Origin: a virus
Taxonomy: Duplodnaviria > Caudoviricetes
IMG/VR virus record: IMGVR_UViG_3300016476_001378
DNA: 64,000 bases
Strand: one strand, 5' to 3'
Each line of letters opens with the position of its first letter. The stretch's first letter is position 1. The position numbers and the translations under genes were made by a program. A model generated the notes under the pieces. It did not search any database and was not told where the DNA came from. It saw only the letters and a list, made by a program, of their open reading frames with translations. Positions 20,128-28,902 of the stretch are shown here, in pieces.

Positions 20128-23100
20128 TACTGTTCGATTTCTAAAGGAGCATCGAGTCTTGAACCATGGATGATATAATCAACCTTGATAGACTTGAACT
20201 TCTTTACAAGGGCATTGCTTGACAATTCAATTATAAAGTAATTTTCTGTCTTTTCTACAATATGTACTGCATAATTACCCCAAGGTGTCAATTGAATTGT
20301 GTAATTTTCACCAACAAGTTTATGCCAATACTCTGGTAATTCGACGACAAGCTTGCCCTTACCTTCTACAGTACCTCTATGGTAGACACCATGTTCTGGG
20401 CCTTCAAGAACACCGTAGACAAGTCTCATACCTGGCTTAGTTGGGTGTTCAATATCAAAGCTCTTGGTTGTAGCTCTCAAGTTACCATTTGCATCAATAG
20501 AGAACTTATCTACCCCATTTAACTGGCCAACAATGATCTTGCCAGAAGTAGCACCTGATGGCACATTGATGTTAACAGCAGTGCCAGATGTCAATGATGA
20601 AGGGTTAACATAAAGCGCAGCAGCTGAACCTGTGCCAGTAGTAGTACCAGGTATCCATGTAAGCAATGAACCTGTCGCTAAAGCAGTTGTGCTAGAAGCA
20701 TAAACCAATGCATTAGCAGTAAACGAACTGTTCGATCCAGTACCACCATTGGTAGAAGCAAGAGTTCCACTTACGTCTGTGCCAAGAGCGACTTGTGAGA
20801 ATGTAACATTAGTGCCGTCTGTTCTAAGTACTCTATTTGCAGTTACGCCAGATGCCCATGACGGAACACCAGAAGAGTTGGAGACAAGAGCGGATGATGC
20901 ACTTGTTGCCAAACCACCAACTGTATCAGTTGCAGAAGCATAAAGAATGGTTCCTGCTGTATAGGTGGTAGCCATTGTGGCTGTTGACCATACTGGATAG
21001 TTACCTGTGCCAGTACCTGTCGATACAAGATGTTTATTGGCTGCTGCAGGAGCGACTGATAACAAACCTGTTGCTGCAGTTGAGCCAGCATAAACCACTC
21101 CGCCGAAGTTGTATGATGAGGTTCCTGTACCACCAGCGCCTACGGCAAGAGTTCCCGTTACAGCATTAGTAGAGCTAAGGTTAATTGCACCGAAGCTTAC
21201 GTTTGTGCCATTGTATCTAAGAACTGTGTCCACTGTAGATGCAGTAATGTCGGCAACGTTTCCTGTACCAGTGTCTGTTTTACCAATAACAGAGAATCCA
21301 GCACTTTGTCTCAACATCGCATTGGTTACTTTGTTCGTTCCAATTGCAGTTGTACCAGTACCATTGATTGTTACGTCACCAGTAACTGTTGTCCAAGCAA
21401 CTGCAGTACCGGTTGTAGCAGACAATAATAACTGTCCAGATGTTGCGGCACCCGTAGTTACAAGTTTGCTACCATCATAATAAGCAAGACCATTTGTTGT
21501 TGCGAATGATGAAGTTCCTGTACCGCCATTGCCAACTGGAAGAGTACCAGAAATAGCAGCAGCCTGGTCCAGAGCAACTGTACCCCAAGTTGGCGCACCT
21601 GAAACACCAGCTACGAATACCTTGTATTGTGTCGACGTACTTGTTAATGTAACTGTGCCAGTGCCATTACCAACAAGCACAGCATTAGATGTTAATGACG
21701 AGGTTCCTGTACCACCATTTCCTACAGGCAAGATGCTTGAACCAACTGCGTTTGAAGACGCAAGGTTGATTGAGCCAAAGGAAGGAGCACCTGTGCCAGC
21801 ACCGGACTTCAACACTTGATCAGCAGAACCTGTTGCCGTTACAAGGATTGATGTACCAGCATTGCCATAAAGAACACCATACTGCGTAAATGAAGTGGTC
21901 CCCAAACCGCCATTTGCGAGCGGAAGAGTTCCAGTAACCATGGTTCCTAAGTTAACTTGAGCGTATGTTGGCAAGTTACCAGCACCTGCACCAACAAGAA
22001 CTGTAGTTGCTGCACCAGTTGTTAATGTTGAAAGTCTAGTGTTGCCATTGTCAAAATAAATGAGGCCATTATTGCTTCCATAAGTAGTAGTGCCTGTACC
22101 ACCTCTAGCAAGCGCTATAGTACTTGCAGTCCAAGTACCTGTAGTAATAGTACCGAGTGTGGTGATGGAAGTTTGACCCACATAAGTAGAGGCAATGTCA
22201 ATTGCATCAGCGCTTACAGAAATTCTATTTGCTGTACCAACAGCATCAATTGTATTCCCGTTCTTTGTAAGACCATCGCCAGCATTGATCTGTCCTGCAC
22301 CAGAGAATTGAGTAAAGTTGATAGCAGCAGAGCCAATAGCAATTAATGTTGTATGTGTGTCAGTGGTACAAACCCAAGCAGAATCTGCATAAAGCGAACC
22401 TGCTTGCACGAACGTAAACGTACCACCCTCCAACTCAATATTGTCATCTGTGTCTGTTGCTCTTGTAAGTTTCCATTTTGAACCAGCACCACCAACGGAA
22501 GTAACAGTATAAATACCATTCATTACATTGGTACCACCAGTAGGTGCTGTAGTTACACCATTGATGTTATATGTAGTTGTGGAAGCGCCAGATGCAACAA
22601 GAACTCTATCACCAACTATCAAACTTTGACTATCAAAGTATGTTGTAGACAGTGCTTCATTATTTACAGATTCAATGTAAGAACCAGACGCCGAAGAGCC
22701 ACTTGTTGTACTAGGAGCTTGAGTCTGGAAATACAATACAGATGTGCCGATTGGTGCCAAGCCTGAAGTCGCCTTTACAGACTCGTGAAGATCTAATCCC
22801 TGCTGGAATGAATCAACATAGTATTTTGTTGCAGCATCTTGTGGCTGTGTAGGTTCACCAACGCTTTGAATTCTGTTTCCATTGAAGCTTATAGTACTAT
22901 TTGAAGTATTAAGAGCAGCACCAATGTAAATAACAGTAGTTGATGTCGCTACCGCATTGCTACCGATGTTAATTGTTCTGGTATTACCAGAACCAAGAGT
23001 ACCCGCACCAAAGTTAATTGTAGAGGTTGCGGTGGTGCCAAACATTGTGCCTGTAGTGGCACCTGCAAATGCAGTTACTGTTGTTGGTTCTGCGAGGAAT

Positions 23101-25307
23101 GCCACTGTTCCAGTTGTACCTGTAAAAGCTGTGGCATTGGTAAATGTTACAGTGGTATTCCTGATTGTCGTGGTGCCAGTAGCTGCGCCAAGAGTCAATC
23201 CAGTTGCACCACCAAATGCAGTTGCTGTCGATGGCTCTGCCAAGAATGCTACTGTGCCAGATGTACCAGTGAAGTTTGTAGCATTGGTAAATGTTACAGT
23301 GGTATTTCTAATTGTTGTAGTGCCAGTAGCAGCACCCATAGTTAATGCCGTGCCTGAGCCAAAGATCGTTGCTGTTGTAGCAGCACCAAATACAGCAAGT
23401 GAAGATGGGTTAGCAGATGAGAAAACTGTTGCGAGACCAGAAGATCCACTGATGGTTGTAGCATTAGGGAAGTCTATGGTAGCATTTCTAATTGTGCCAG
23501 TACCAGATGTCGCACCCATGGTAAGAGCTGTCGCCGCACCAAAGGCGTTTACAGTTGTAGCCCCAGTATTAAATAATGTTAAACTTGTTGTACCAGTTGC
23601 AATAGTCGGATTGCCAATTGTCAAAGTACCTGTTGAAGAGCCAAGTCCCAAAGTTGCTGCTGCACCAAAGATTGTTGCAGTAGTAGCAGCACCAAATACA
23701 GCAAGAGATGATGGGTTAGCAGACGCAAAAACTGTGGCAAGTCCAGTAGAACCACTAATGGTTGTAGCATTAGGGAAATCTATGGTCGCATTTCTAATTG
23801 TGCCAGTGCCTGATGTAGCACCCATGGTCAAAGAAGAAGCTGAGCCAAAGATTGTTGCAGTAGTGGCAGATCCAAATACAGCAAGCGAAGATGGATTGGC
23901 AGATGCGAAAACTGTGGCAAGGCCAGTAGAACCACTAATGGTTGTAGCATTAGGGAAATCTATAGTAGCATTTCTAATCGTGCCAGTGCCAGATGTCGCA
24001 CCCATGGTAAGAGCTGTTGCTGCACCAAAAGCGTTTACGGTGGTAGCACCAGTGTTAAACAGTGTTAAACTTGTAGTACCAGTTGCAATAGTAGGGTTGC
24101 CAATTGTCAAAGTACCTGTTGAAGAACCGATACCCAAAGTGGACGCAGCGCCAAATGCAGCAATAGTTGAAGCACCTGTGTTAAACAATGTTAAATTTGT
24201 AGTACCAGTTGCAATAGTCGGGTTACCAATTGTTAAAGTGCCTGTTGAAGAACCGATTCCTAAAGTCGCTGCTGCGCCAAATGCTGTAACCGATGTAGAT
24301 GCACCAAAGAATGTTATTGCAGATGCTGTACCTGTAAAACTTGTAGCATTTGTAAATGTTACAGTAGTATTACCAACTGTAAGTGTGCCAGTGGATGCGC
24401 CTATATTAATACTGGTAGCTGCCTGGCCCATATTTAATGTAGTAGCATTAGCATTGAAAACTGAAGCAGTTCCAGCGCCAGTAGTTATGTCCAAGCCATT
24501 AACAGCAAGGTCGCCAGCAATGGTCAAATTACCATTGGTGCCATTGAGCACAGGAGAATATGTTGCATCGCCTGTATAAACGATTCTATTTGTAGTGCCA
24601 TCACCAACATCAGAAATAAATAATGGGTACAATGTACTATCAGAATTATTTGCTGAAGCTGTGATCTGGTTGGCTGAAGTTACGTCAGTGGTATAGGCAA
24701 TTTGCTTAGCATTTGTACCGTCACCAACAGAAAGTCTAGTTGAGCCTGGAACCCAAGAAAGCACACCTGCACTAGTAGAAGCTGAAACTGTATTAGTTCC
24801 AAAGTTCATGTAGTCGGTATCAATAGTACCTGTAAATGGGTGAATCCAAATCTTTGCAACTGAGTTGGTAGTTGAGCCACCATAAGTACCCGCTGGTGCA
24901 AGGTTTAAAGTGCCATTATAACCACCAAATGCAAGAACTGGATTGTTTGCATCATCAGAATAGTTAAAAAGAGTAGATCTTCTTGTTGTACCTGTTGCAT
25001 CAGTAATATTATCTGTTGGAACTGTAGCTGGTTCAATCCAATAGAAGTTAATTTGAGAGGCTGCAGAAGCAGTTGTTCCACCAAAGCCAGGTATGATTAA
25101 AATGTCTTTATTACCACCTGATGTTGGTGCAGTGCCAGAAGCGGCAAAAGCTGTGAAGCCCTGATCACTAAAAGCCTGTACAGGCTCGCTTTGTGCTTCA
25201 ACTTGTGGTTGGCTATCAATTGGCTCATCTGTCAGATCGACGGCCATGTTTTTTTCTTTAAGTTTTGCCAGAACTTTTTCGCTAAAATTATCGGGTGTGT
25301 TTGCCAT
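20127..25307 (-). CDS. Long modular fibre protein (1726 aa) with C-terminal KSF.I.HP...EGPE domain
   Basis: Same modules as the 3554-aa fibre; C-terminus RATTKSFDIEHPTK...LEGPEHGVYHRG; AGGAG SD. Confidence 0.85.
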   Translation of the reverse strand: MANTPDNFSEKVLAKLKEKNMAVDLTDEPIDSQPQVEAQSEPVQAFSDQGFTAFAASGTAPTSGGNKDILIIPGFGGTTASAASQINFYWIEPATVPTDNITDATGTTRRSTLFNYSDDANNPVLAFGGYNGTLNLAPAGTYGGSTTNSVAKIWIHPFTGTIDTDYMNFGTNTVSASTSAGVLSWVPGSTRLSVGDGTNAKQIAYTTDVTSANQITASANNSDSTLYPLFISDVGDGTTNRIVYTGDATYSPVLNGTNGNLTIAGDLAVNGLDITTGAGTASVFNANATTLNMGQAATSINIGASTGTLTVGNTTVTFTNATSFTGTASAITFFGASTSVTAFGAAATLGIGSSTGTLTIGNPTIATGTTNLTLFNTGASTIAAFGAASTLGIGSSTGTLTIGNPTIATGTTSLTLFNTGATTVNAFGAATALTMGATSGTGTIRNATIDFPNATTISGSTGLATVFASANPSSLAVFGSATTATIFGSASSLTMGATSGTGTIRNATIDFPNATTISGSTGLATVFASANPSSLAVFGAATTATIFGAAATLGLGSSTGTLTIGNPTIATGTTSLTLFNTGATTVNAFGAATALTMGATSGTGTIRNATIDFPNATTISGSSGLATVFSSANPSSLAVFGAATTATIFGSGTALTMGAATGTTTIRNTTVTFTNATNFTGTSGTVAFLAEPSTATAFGGATGLTLGAATGTTTIRNTTVTFTNATAFTGTTGTVAFLAEPTTVTAFAGATTGTMFGTTATSTINFGAGTLGSGNTRTINIGSNAVATSTTVIYIGAALNTSNSTISFNGNRIQSVGEPTQPQDAATKYYVDSFQQGLDLHESVKATSGLAPIGTSVLYFQTQAPSTTSGSSASGSYIESVNNEALSTTYFDSQSLIVGDRVLVASGASTTTYNINGVTTAPTGGTNVMNGIYTVTSVGGAGSKWKLTRATDTDDNIELEGGTFTFVQAGSLYADSAWVCTTDTHTTLIAIGSAAINFTQFSGAGQINAGDGLTKNGNTIDAVGTANRISVSADAIDIASTYVGQTSITTLGTITTGTWTASTIALARGGTGTTTYGSNNGLIYFDNGNTRLSTLTTGAATTVLVGAGAGNLPTYAQVNLGTMVTGTLPLANGGLGTTSFTQYGVLYGNAGTSILVTATGSADQVLKSGAGTGAPSFGSINLASSNAVGSSILPVGNGGTGTSSLTSNAVLVGNGTGTVTLTSTSTQYKVFVAGVSGAPTWGTVALDQAAAISGTLPVGNGGTGTSSFATTNGLAYYDGSKLVTTGAATSGQLLLSATTGTAVAWTTVTGDVTINGTGTTAIGTNKVTNAMLRQSAGFSVIGKTDTGTGNVADITASTVDTVLRYNGTNVSFGAINLSSTNAVTGTLAVGAGGTGTSSYNFGGVVYAGSTAATGLLSVAPAAANKHLVSTGTGTGNYPVWSTATMATTYTAGTILYASATDTVGGLATSASSALVSNSSGVPSWASGVTANRVLRTDGTNVTFSQVALGTDVSGTLASTNGGTGSNSSFTANALVYASSTTALATGSLLTWIPGTTTGTGSAAALYVNPSSLTSGTAVNINVPSGATSGKIIVGQLNGVDKFSIDANGNLRATTKSFDIEHPTKPGMRLVYGVLEGPEHGVYHRGTVEGKGKLVVELPEYWHKLVGENYTIQLTPWGNYAVHIVEKTENYFIIELSSNALVKKFKSIKVDYIIHGSRLDAPLEIEQ
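22260..22865 (-). repeat. ~600-bp block duplicated at ~15485-16090
   Basis: Offset 6775 bp; 22612-22715 is identical to 15837-15940. Confidence 0.9.
23355..24270 (-). repeat. Mixed 180-bp and 126-bp coding repeats
   Basis: Repeat starts at 23761/23941 (180 bp) and 24121/24247 (126 bp). Confidence 0.8.
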
Positions 25308-25333
25308 ATTAAAACAGACTCCTAGGAAAATTT

Positions 25334-26293
25334 TTAAGAGCTTTTATACTCTGTTTGTAGTGGAGCATCTCGTCTGCTTCCAAAGACTTCAAAGCTGAAT
25401 TCTATGAATTTTCTTCTTGAGAAAATTCCTCCACACCTTCTGACTACAAATCCTTTTTGTGACTGCGAGTGAACAAAAATAGGATAGTTGCCATACGATG
25501 TTAGGGAAATAGTATACTCTGCAACTAATTCGTCCCAGTACTCTGGTAGTTCGACAAAAACATCGCCATGACCAGAAATTTTACCCCTATGATAAACACC
25601 ATTTTCGGGGCCCTCAAGACAACCATAGACTAATCTATAACCTTCTTTTGTAGGGTGAGGGATATCGAAACTTTTAGAAGTTGCGCGTAAAACACCATTT
25701 ATAAAAATTGTATTGCTATCTGGCTGCGAGATGATAGAATCTGCTAAAGTATTACTATCAGACCAAATTGGAATGTAATCAGTTGTTCCTGATCCATCGA
25801 CTACACCTGAGGCTCCAGCAACACCCTTGGAGCCTACATATCTATAACCACTAATTTTAAACCCAGTGGCAGTTGAGTGGGTATTTTGAAAATTTAAAAT
25901 ACCTGTTTGATAATCAAAAATCCATCCTGAAGAATCTGTTAACGGAATTAAATTATCATCTTGATCATAAAGATTGATTGCATAAGTGGATGTTGGGTCC
26001 CCATCAAATTTATCAGAAATCCAATCTTTTAATCTATTACCAAGTCCATCGGTTGCATACCAAGATTGCGATCCTGCCACAGTTGTATCAGGAGTCAAAT
26101 CTAATAAAGTATGAACTTCTACGATAGAAGTTGTTGATACTGGGGGCGTTCCTGGTATGTTTTGTGCCCAAATTTCTGAGGCGTGGACATTGATGGTATA
26201 ATCACCAATCTCTTCATACGCTCTCTTTGTCGAGGACGTTACTCTTTTATTAAATAATTTTTTAAAGGTAAAATCAGTTTGCGTCCAAGACAT
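25334..26293 (-). CDS. Structural protein with C-terminal KSF.I.HP...EGPE domain
   Basis: WIFDYQTGIL; RATSKSFDIPHPTK...LEGPENGVYHRG; likely start ATG 26293. Confidence 0.75.
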   Translation of the reverse strand: MSWTQTDFTFKKLFNKRVTSSTKRAYEEIGDYTINVHASEIWAQNIPGTPPVSTTSIVEVHTLLDLTPDTTVAGSQSWYATDGLGNRLKDWISDKFDGDPTSTYAINLYDQDDNLIPLTDSSGWIFDYQTGILNFQNTHSTATGFKISGYRYVGSKGVAGASGVVDGSGTTDYIPIWSDSNTLADSIISQPDSNTIFINGVLRATSKSFDIPHPTKEGYRLVYGCLEGPENGVYHRGKISGHGDVFVELPEYWDELVAEYTISLTSYGNYPIFVHSQSQKGFVVRRCGGIFSRRKFIEFSFEVFGSRRDAPLQTEYKSS

Positions 26294-26294
26294 T

Positions 26295-28880
26295 TTAAGC
26301 CCCCACCGCACTCGTTATTTGAGTTATTGTTTTGGTGTTATCTCTAAAAATTATAATAATTCTATACTTACCATAATTTGGGCTTACTCCGCTACTTTGA
26401 GTATTCTGGACTCCAAACGAGAAAGTCAAACTACTACCAGATGCTGATACTCTTGCCCCATAAAGATTATTAGTTCCGCCCCTAAATGAACCAATAGGCA
26501 CTGTTGCAAAATTGGCCCCTAAATCATAATAAAGTTCTGTTGTAGGATTATTTAAATCATAAATTTGGGCCAATATATTTACTGAACCAGTTCCAACAGC
26601 AGAAATATCACTCGCAACATTTGATAGTCCAGAAATGGTTAAAAGAATGCTACTTGCAAAAGAATTAAAGAAGAATCGTTGATATTCCTGATCGCCTGTG
26701 AAAGTTAATCTTGGAGAAGTATTATAAGGCAGGGTTGAAGGGGAATCATAATCTGCAGCAATGGGGTATGTCAAAGTTCCGTTTCTGACTTGCAGATAGC
26801 CATTTGCCATGCCTGTTTGTGAATTAAAGGAGCTACTTGTGTCTGTCTGCAATCTGTAGCTCTCATCTCTAAAATATTCAACTGTGTTAGTTGCTGGCGC
26901 TGAGGTATACGTGTTGATACTCCTTATAATAGATGCTGAACTTGATGCAGTTCCAGCAGAGCCTATGTATTCACCATGTGCTTTAAATAAGGCTACAGAT
27001 AAACTTCTTGTGTTTGTATATTGGCTTGGATTATCCAATGTAATTGTTACAGCATTTGCCCCTGTTTTATCAAATTCTGCATTATAAGCTGGAACTGTGC
27101 CTGGATTCAAAACTAAATTATTCATTCCAGTGCCATAAGCTATTGCTACAGATGTTGCATGATAACATCTATCAAAAATTCCAGATGCCGCTTTAAAAGA
27201 CAACGTGAATGTAGAATCTTTGCCATAGTACTTGATGCCTGATAACCAAACATCTACAGGCGACAACTCTGTTATTGTTGGAGAAACGCTAAAAGATGGA
27301 GTTGGCGAGGAATTTGAAGCTGTGTCTCTCCAAAAGCCTGCGACATTTGTTTCACCAGAAAGTGTATGGTCAAAAGAATGACCTTCCCAGCCCTCATTTG
27401 CTTGGGTGTAGCTAATGTGTCCGTATGCTTTTTCCCAAAGTGTATTATAAACATCAATAGAATCTATGGTGAGAGTGCCAGAGGTTCCTGGAAGACCTGT
27501 GGCAGTCAAGTCATAAGTGGCGTTTGTGGTAGATGTTACGGAAGATGATATATGGTTGTATTTGTAAACTTTATGTGTAGCCACACCATAAGTAGCTTGC
27601 GTGTTGGCTTTCCCAGCATAGAATGTTGAAGAATTATTGGCTGTATCTAATCTAAGGGCCCCTGTTAAAAAATATCTGTTTGATATGGTGTCACCAGCAT
27701 TGTATGTACCTGATGAAGTTTGATACCATGAATTTGTTAAACCAGAAGAAAGTTTAACAGTATAGAAATTTGGTGAAGAGGTTAAAACAAGAGCTGTTCC
27801 TGTTAATAAGTTTGGCTTTTGCGGAGCGATTAATTTTAATAATTCATTAATATCATCCATCGCATCTGCAACGGCTGTGGATGAAGTCCATGTATCAAAG
27901 TAACCATCGGTGTATGTTGTGTCTGTTGGGCTGCCAATTGAGCCACCTAAATTTTCGCCCCAAGTTGGTTGATTTGTAGTTGGATCAACTTTTAAAATTT
28001 GTTCAGGAGAACCAACGGGCAAAACGCTCCAAGTAGAAGTAGAACCATTGTAATAAATAATAGAACCATCTGCTTGGGATGAATCTGTTAATTTGGAAAC
28101 ATCAAATGTTTGTGAGCTTGCAAAAGTAACAGCTTGACCAAATCCAGTGGTTCCATTAAATGTATGGTTGCCAGACCAAGTATAATTAGCAGCTAAATCA
28201 ACGGTTAAAGTTAATTGACCTGTAGAAACAAAAGAGCCGCCTGTTACACCATTGACCTTGATGCCACCGCCACCCTTAACACCTAGGTTGCCTAAGCTTA
28301 ATTCGGTCCAACCAGAAGATGTGTAAAGCTTCATTACATTTAGATCATCTCTAAATATAATGTCACCAGTTTGTCCTACAGGGTCAGCTCCTGTGAAGCG
28401 GCCCAATCTTAAACTAGCATTATTTAATGCAAGATTGCCTGTAAGAGTGCCACCCGCGAGCTTTAAATAAAGGCTATTTGCCTCTGTGAGTGTGAGTGCC
28501 CCTACTTGCGCTACATCAACCCATGCAGCGCCATTAAAAATCTTTAATGTAGAAGAAACAGTATTAAAATAGAGGCCACCAGTAGCAGTAGAAGCTGGGT
28601 CTGCAGAAGCAGCATTAAGAACTAAACCAACATTTCCAGAAGTGGGAAGAAACTTAATGTCGCCAGTAACCACACCACCTGTTTTTAGTAAATATAAACT
28701 GGTATTTACACTAAAGTCAATAGTGCTTGGGCCAGGCGTGATAGTAATAGTGCCATTAGCAGAGCTGAATGTAATGTCGTTGATTAAAACATCACTTCCA
28801 ACTCTTAAGGAAGTGACGAGATTTTGTCCAACTGCACCAGCAGCTACTTTTCTAGGGGATACTATGTAAAAAGACGACAT
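26295..28880 (-). CDS. Putative fibre/baseplate structural protein (861 aa)
   Basis: YL.K.GG..TG repeats; G.LYFNT....KIFNG..W; S/T/G-rich. Confidence 0.7.
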   Translation of the reverse strand: MSSFYIVSPRKVAAGAVGQNLVTSLRVGSDVLINDITFSSANGTITITPGPSTIDFSVNTSLYLLKTGGVVTGDIKFLPTSGNVGLVLNAASADPASTATGGLYFNTVSSTLKIFNGAAWVDVAQVGALTLTEANSLYLKLAGGTLTGNLALNNASLRLGRFTGADPVGQTGDIIFRDDLNVMKLYTSSGWTELSLGNLGVKGGGGIKVNGVTGGSFVSTGQLTLTVDLAANYTWSGNHTFNGTTGFGQAVTFASSQTFDVSKLTDSSQADGSIIYYNGSTSTWSVLPVGSPEQILKVDPTTNQPTWGENLGGSIGSPTDTTYTDGYFDTWTSSTAVADAMDDINELLKLIAPQKPNLLTGTALVLTSSPNFYTVKLSSGLTNSWYQTSSGTYNAGDTISNRYFLTGALRLDTANNSSTFYAGKANTQATYGVATHKVYKYNHISSSVTSTTNATYDLTATGLPGTSGTLTIDSIDVYNTLWEKAYGHISYTQANEGWEGHSFDHTLSGETNVAGFWRDTASNSSPTPSFSVSPTITELSPVDVWLSGIKYYGKDSTFTLSFKAASGIFDRCYHATSVAIAYGTGMNNLVLNPGTVPAYNAEFDKTGANAVTITLDNPSQYTNTRSLSVALFKAHGEYIGSAGTASSSASIIRSINTYTSAPATNTVEYFRDESYRLQTDTSSSFNSQTGMANGYLQVRNGTLTYPIAADYDSPSTLPYNTSPRLTFTGDQEYQRFFFNSFASSILLTISGLSNVASDISAVGTGSVNILAQIYDLNNPTTELYYDLGANFATVPIGSFRGGTNNLYGARVSASGSSLTFSFGVQNTQSSGVSPNYGKYRIIIIFRDNTKTITQITSAVGA

Positions 28881-28902
28881 CTATTTTAATCCATTTTATT
28901 TT

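Noticed and set aside
15485-22865. DGR template/variable repeat pair
   Set aside because: Mismatches are mostly synonymous and not adenine-specific, both copies are mid-gene, and no reverse transcriptase is in the window
22957-24579. 540-aa plus-strand ORF
   Set aside because: Same antisense artefact
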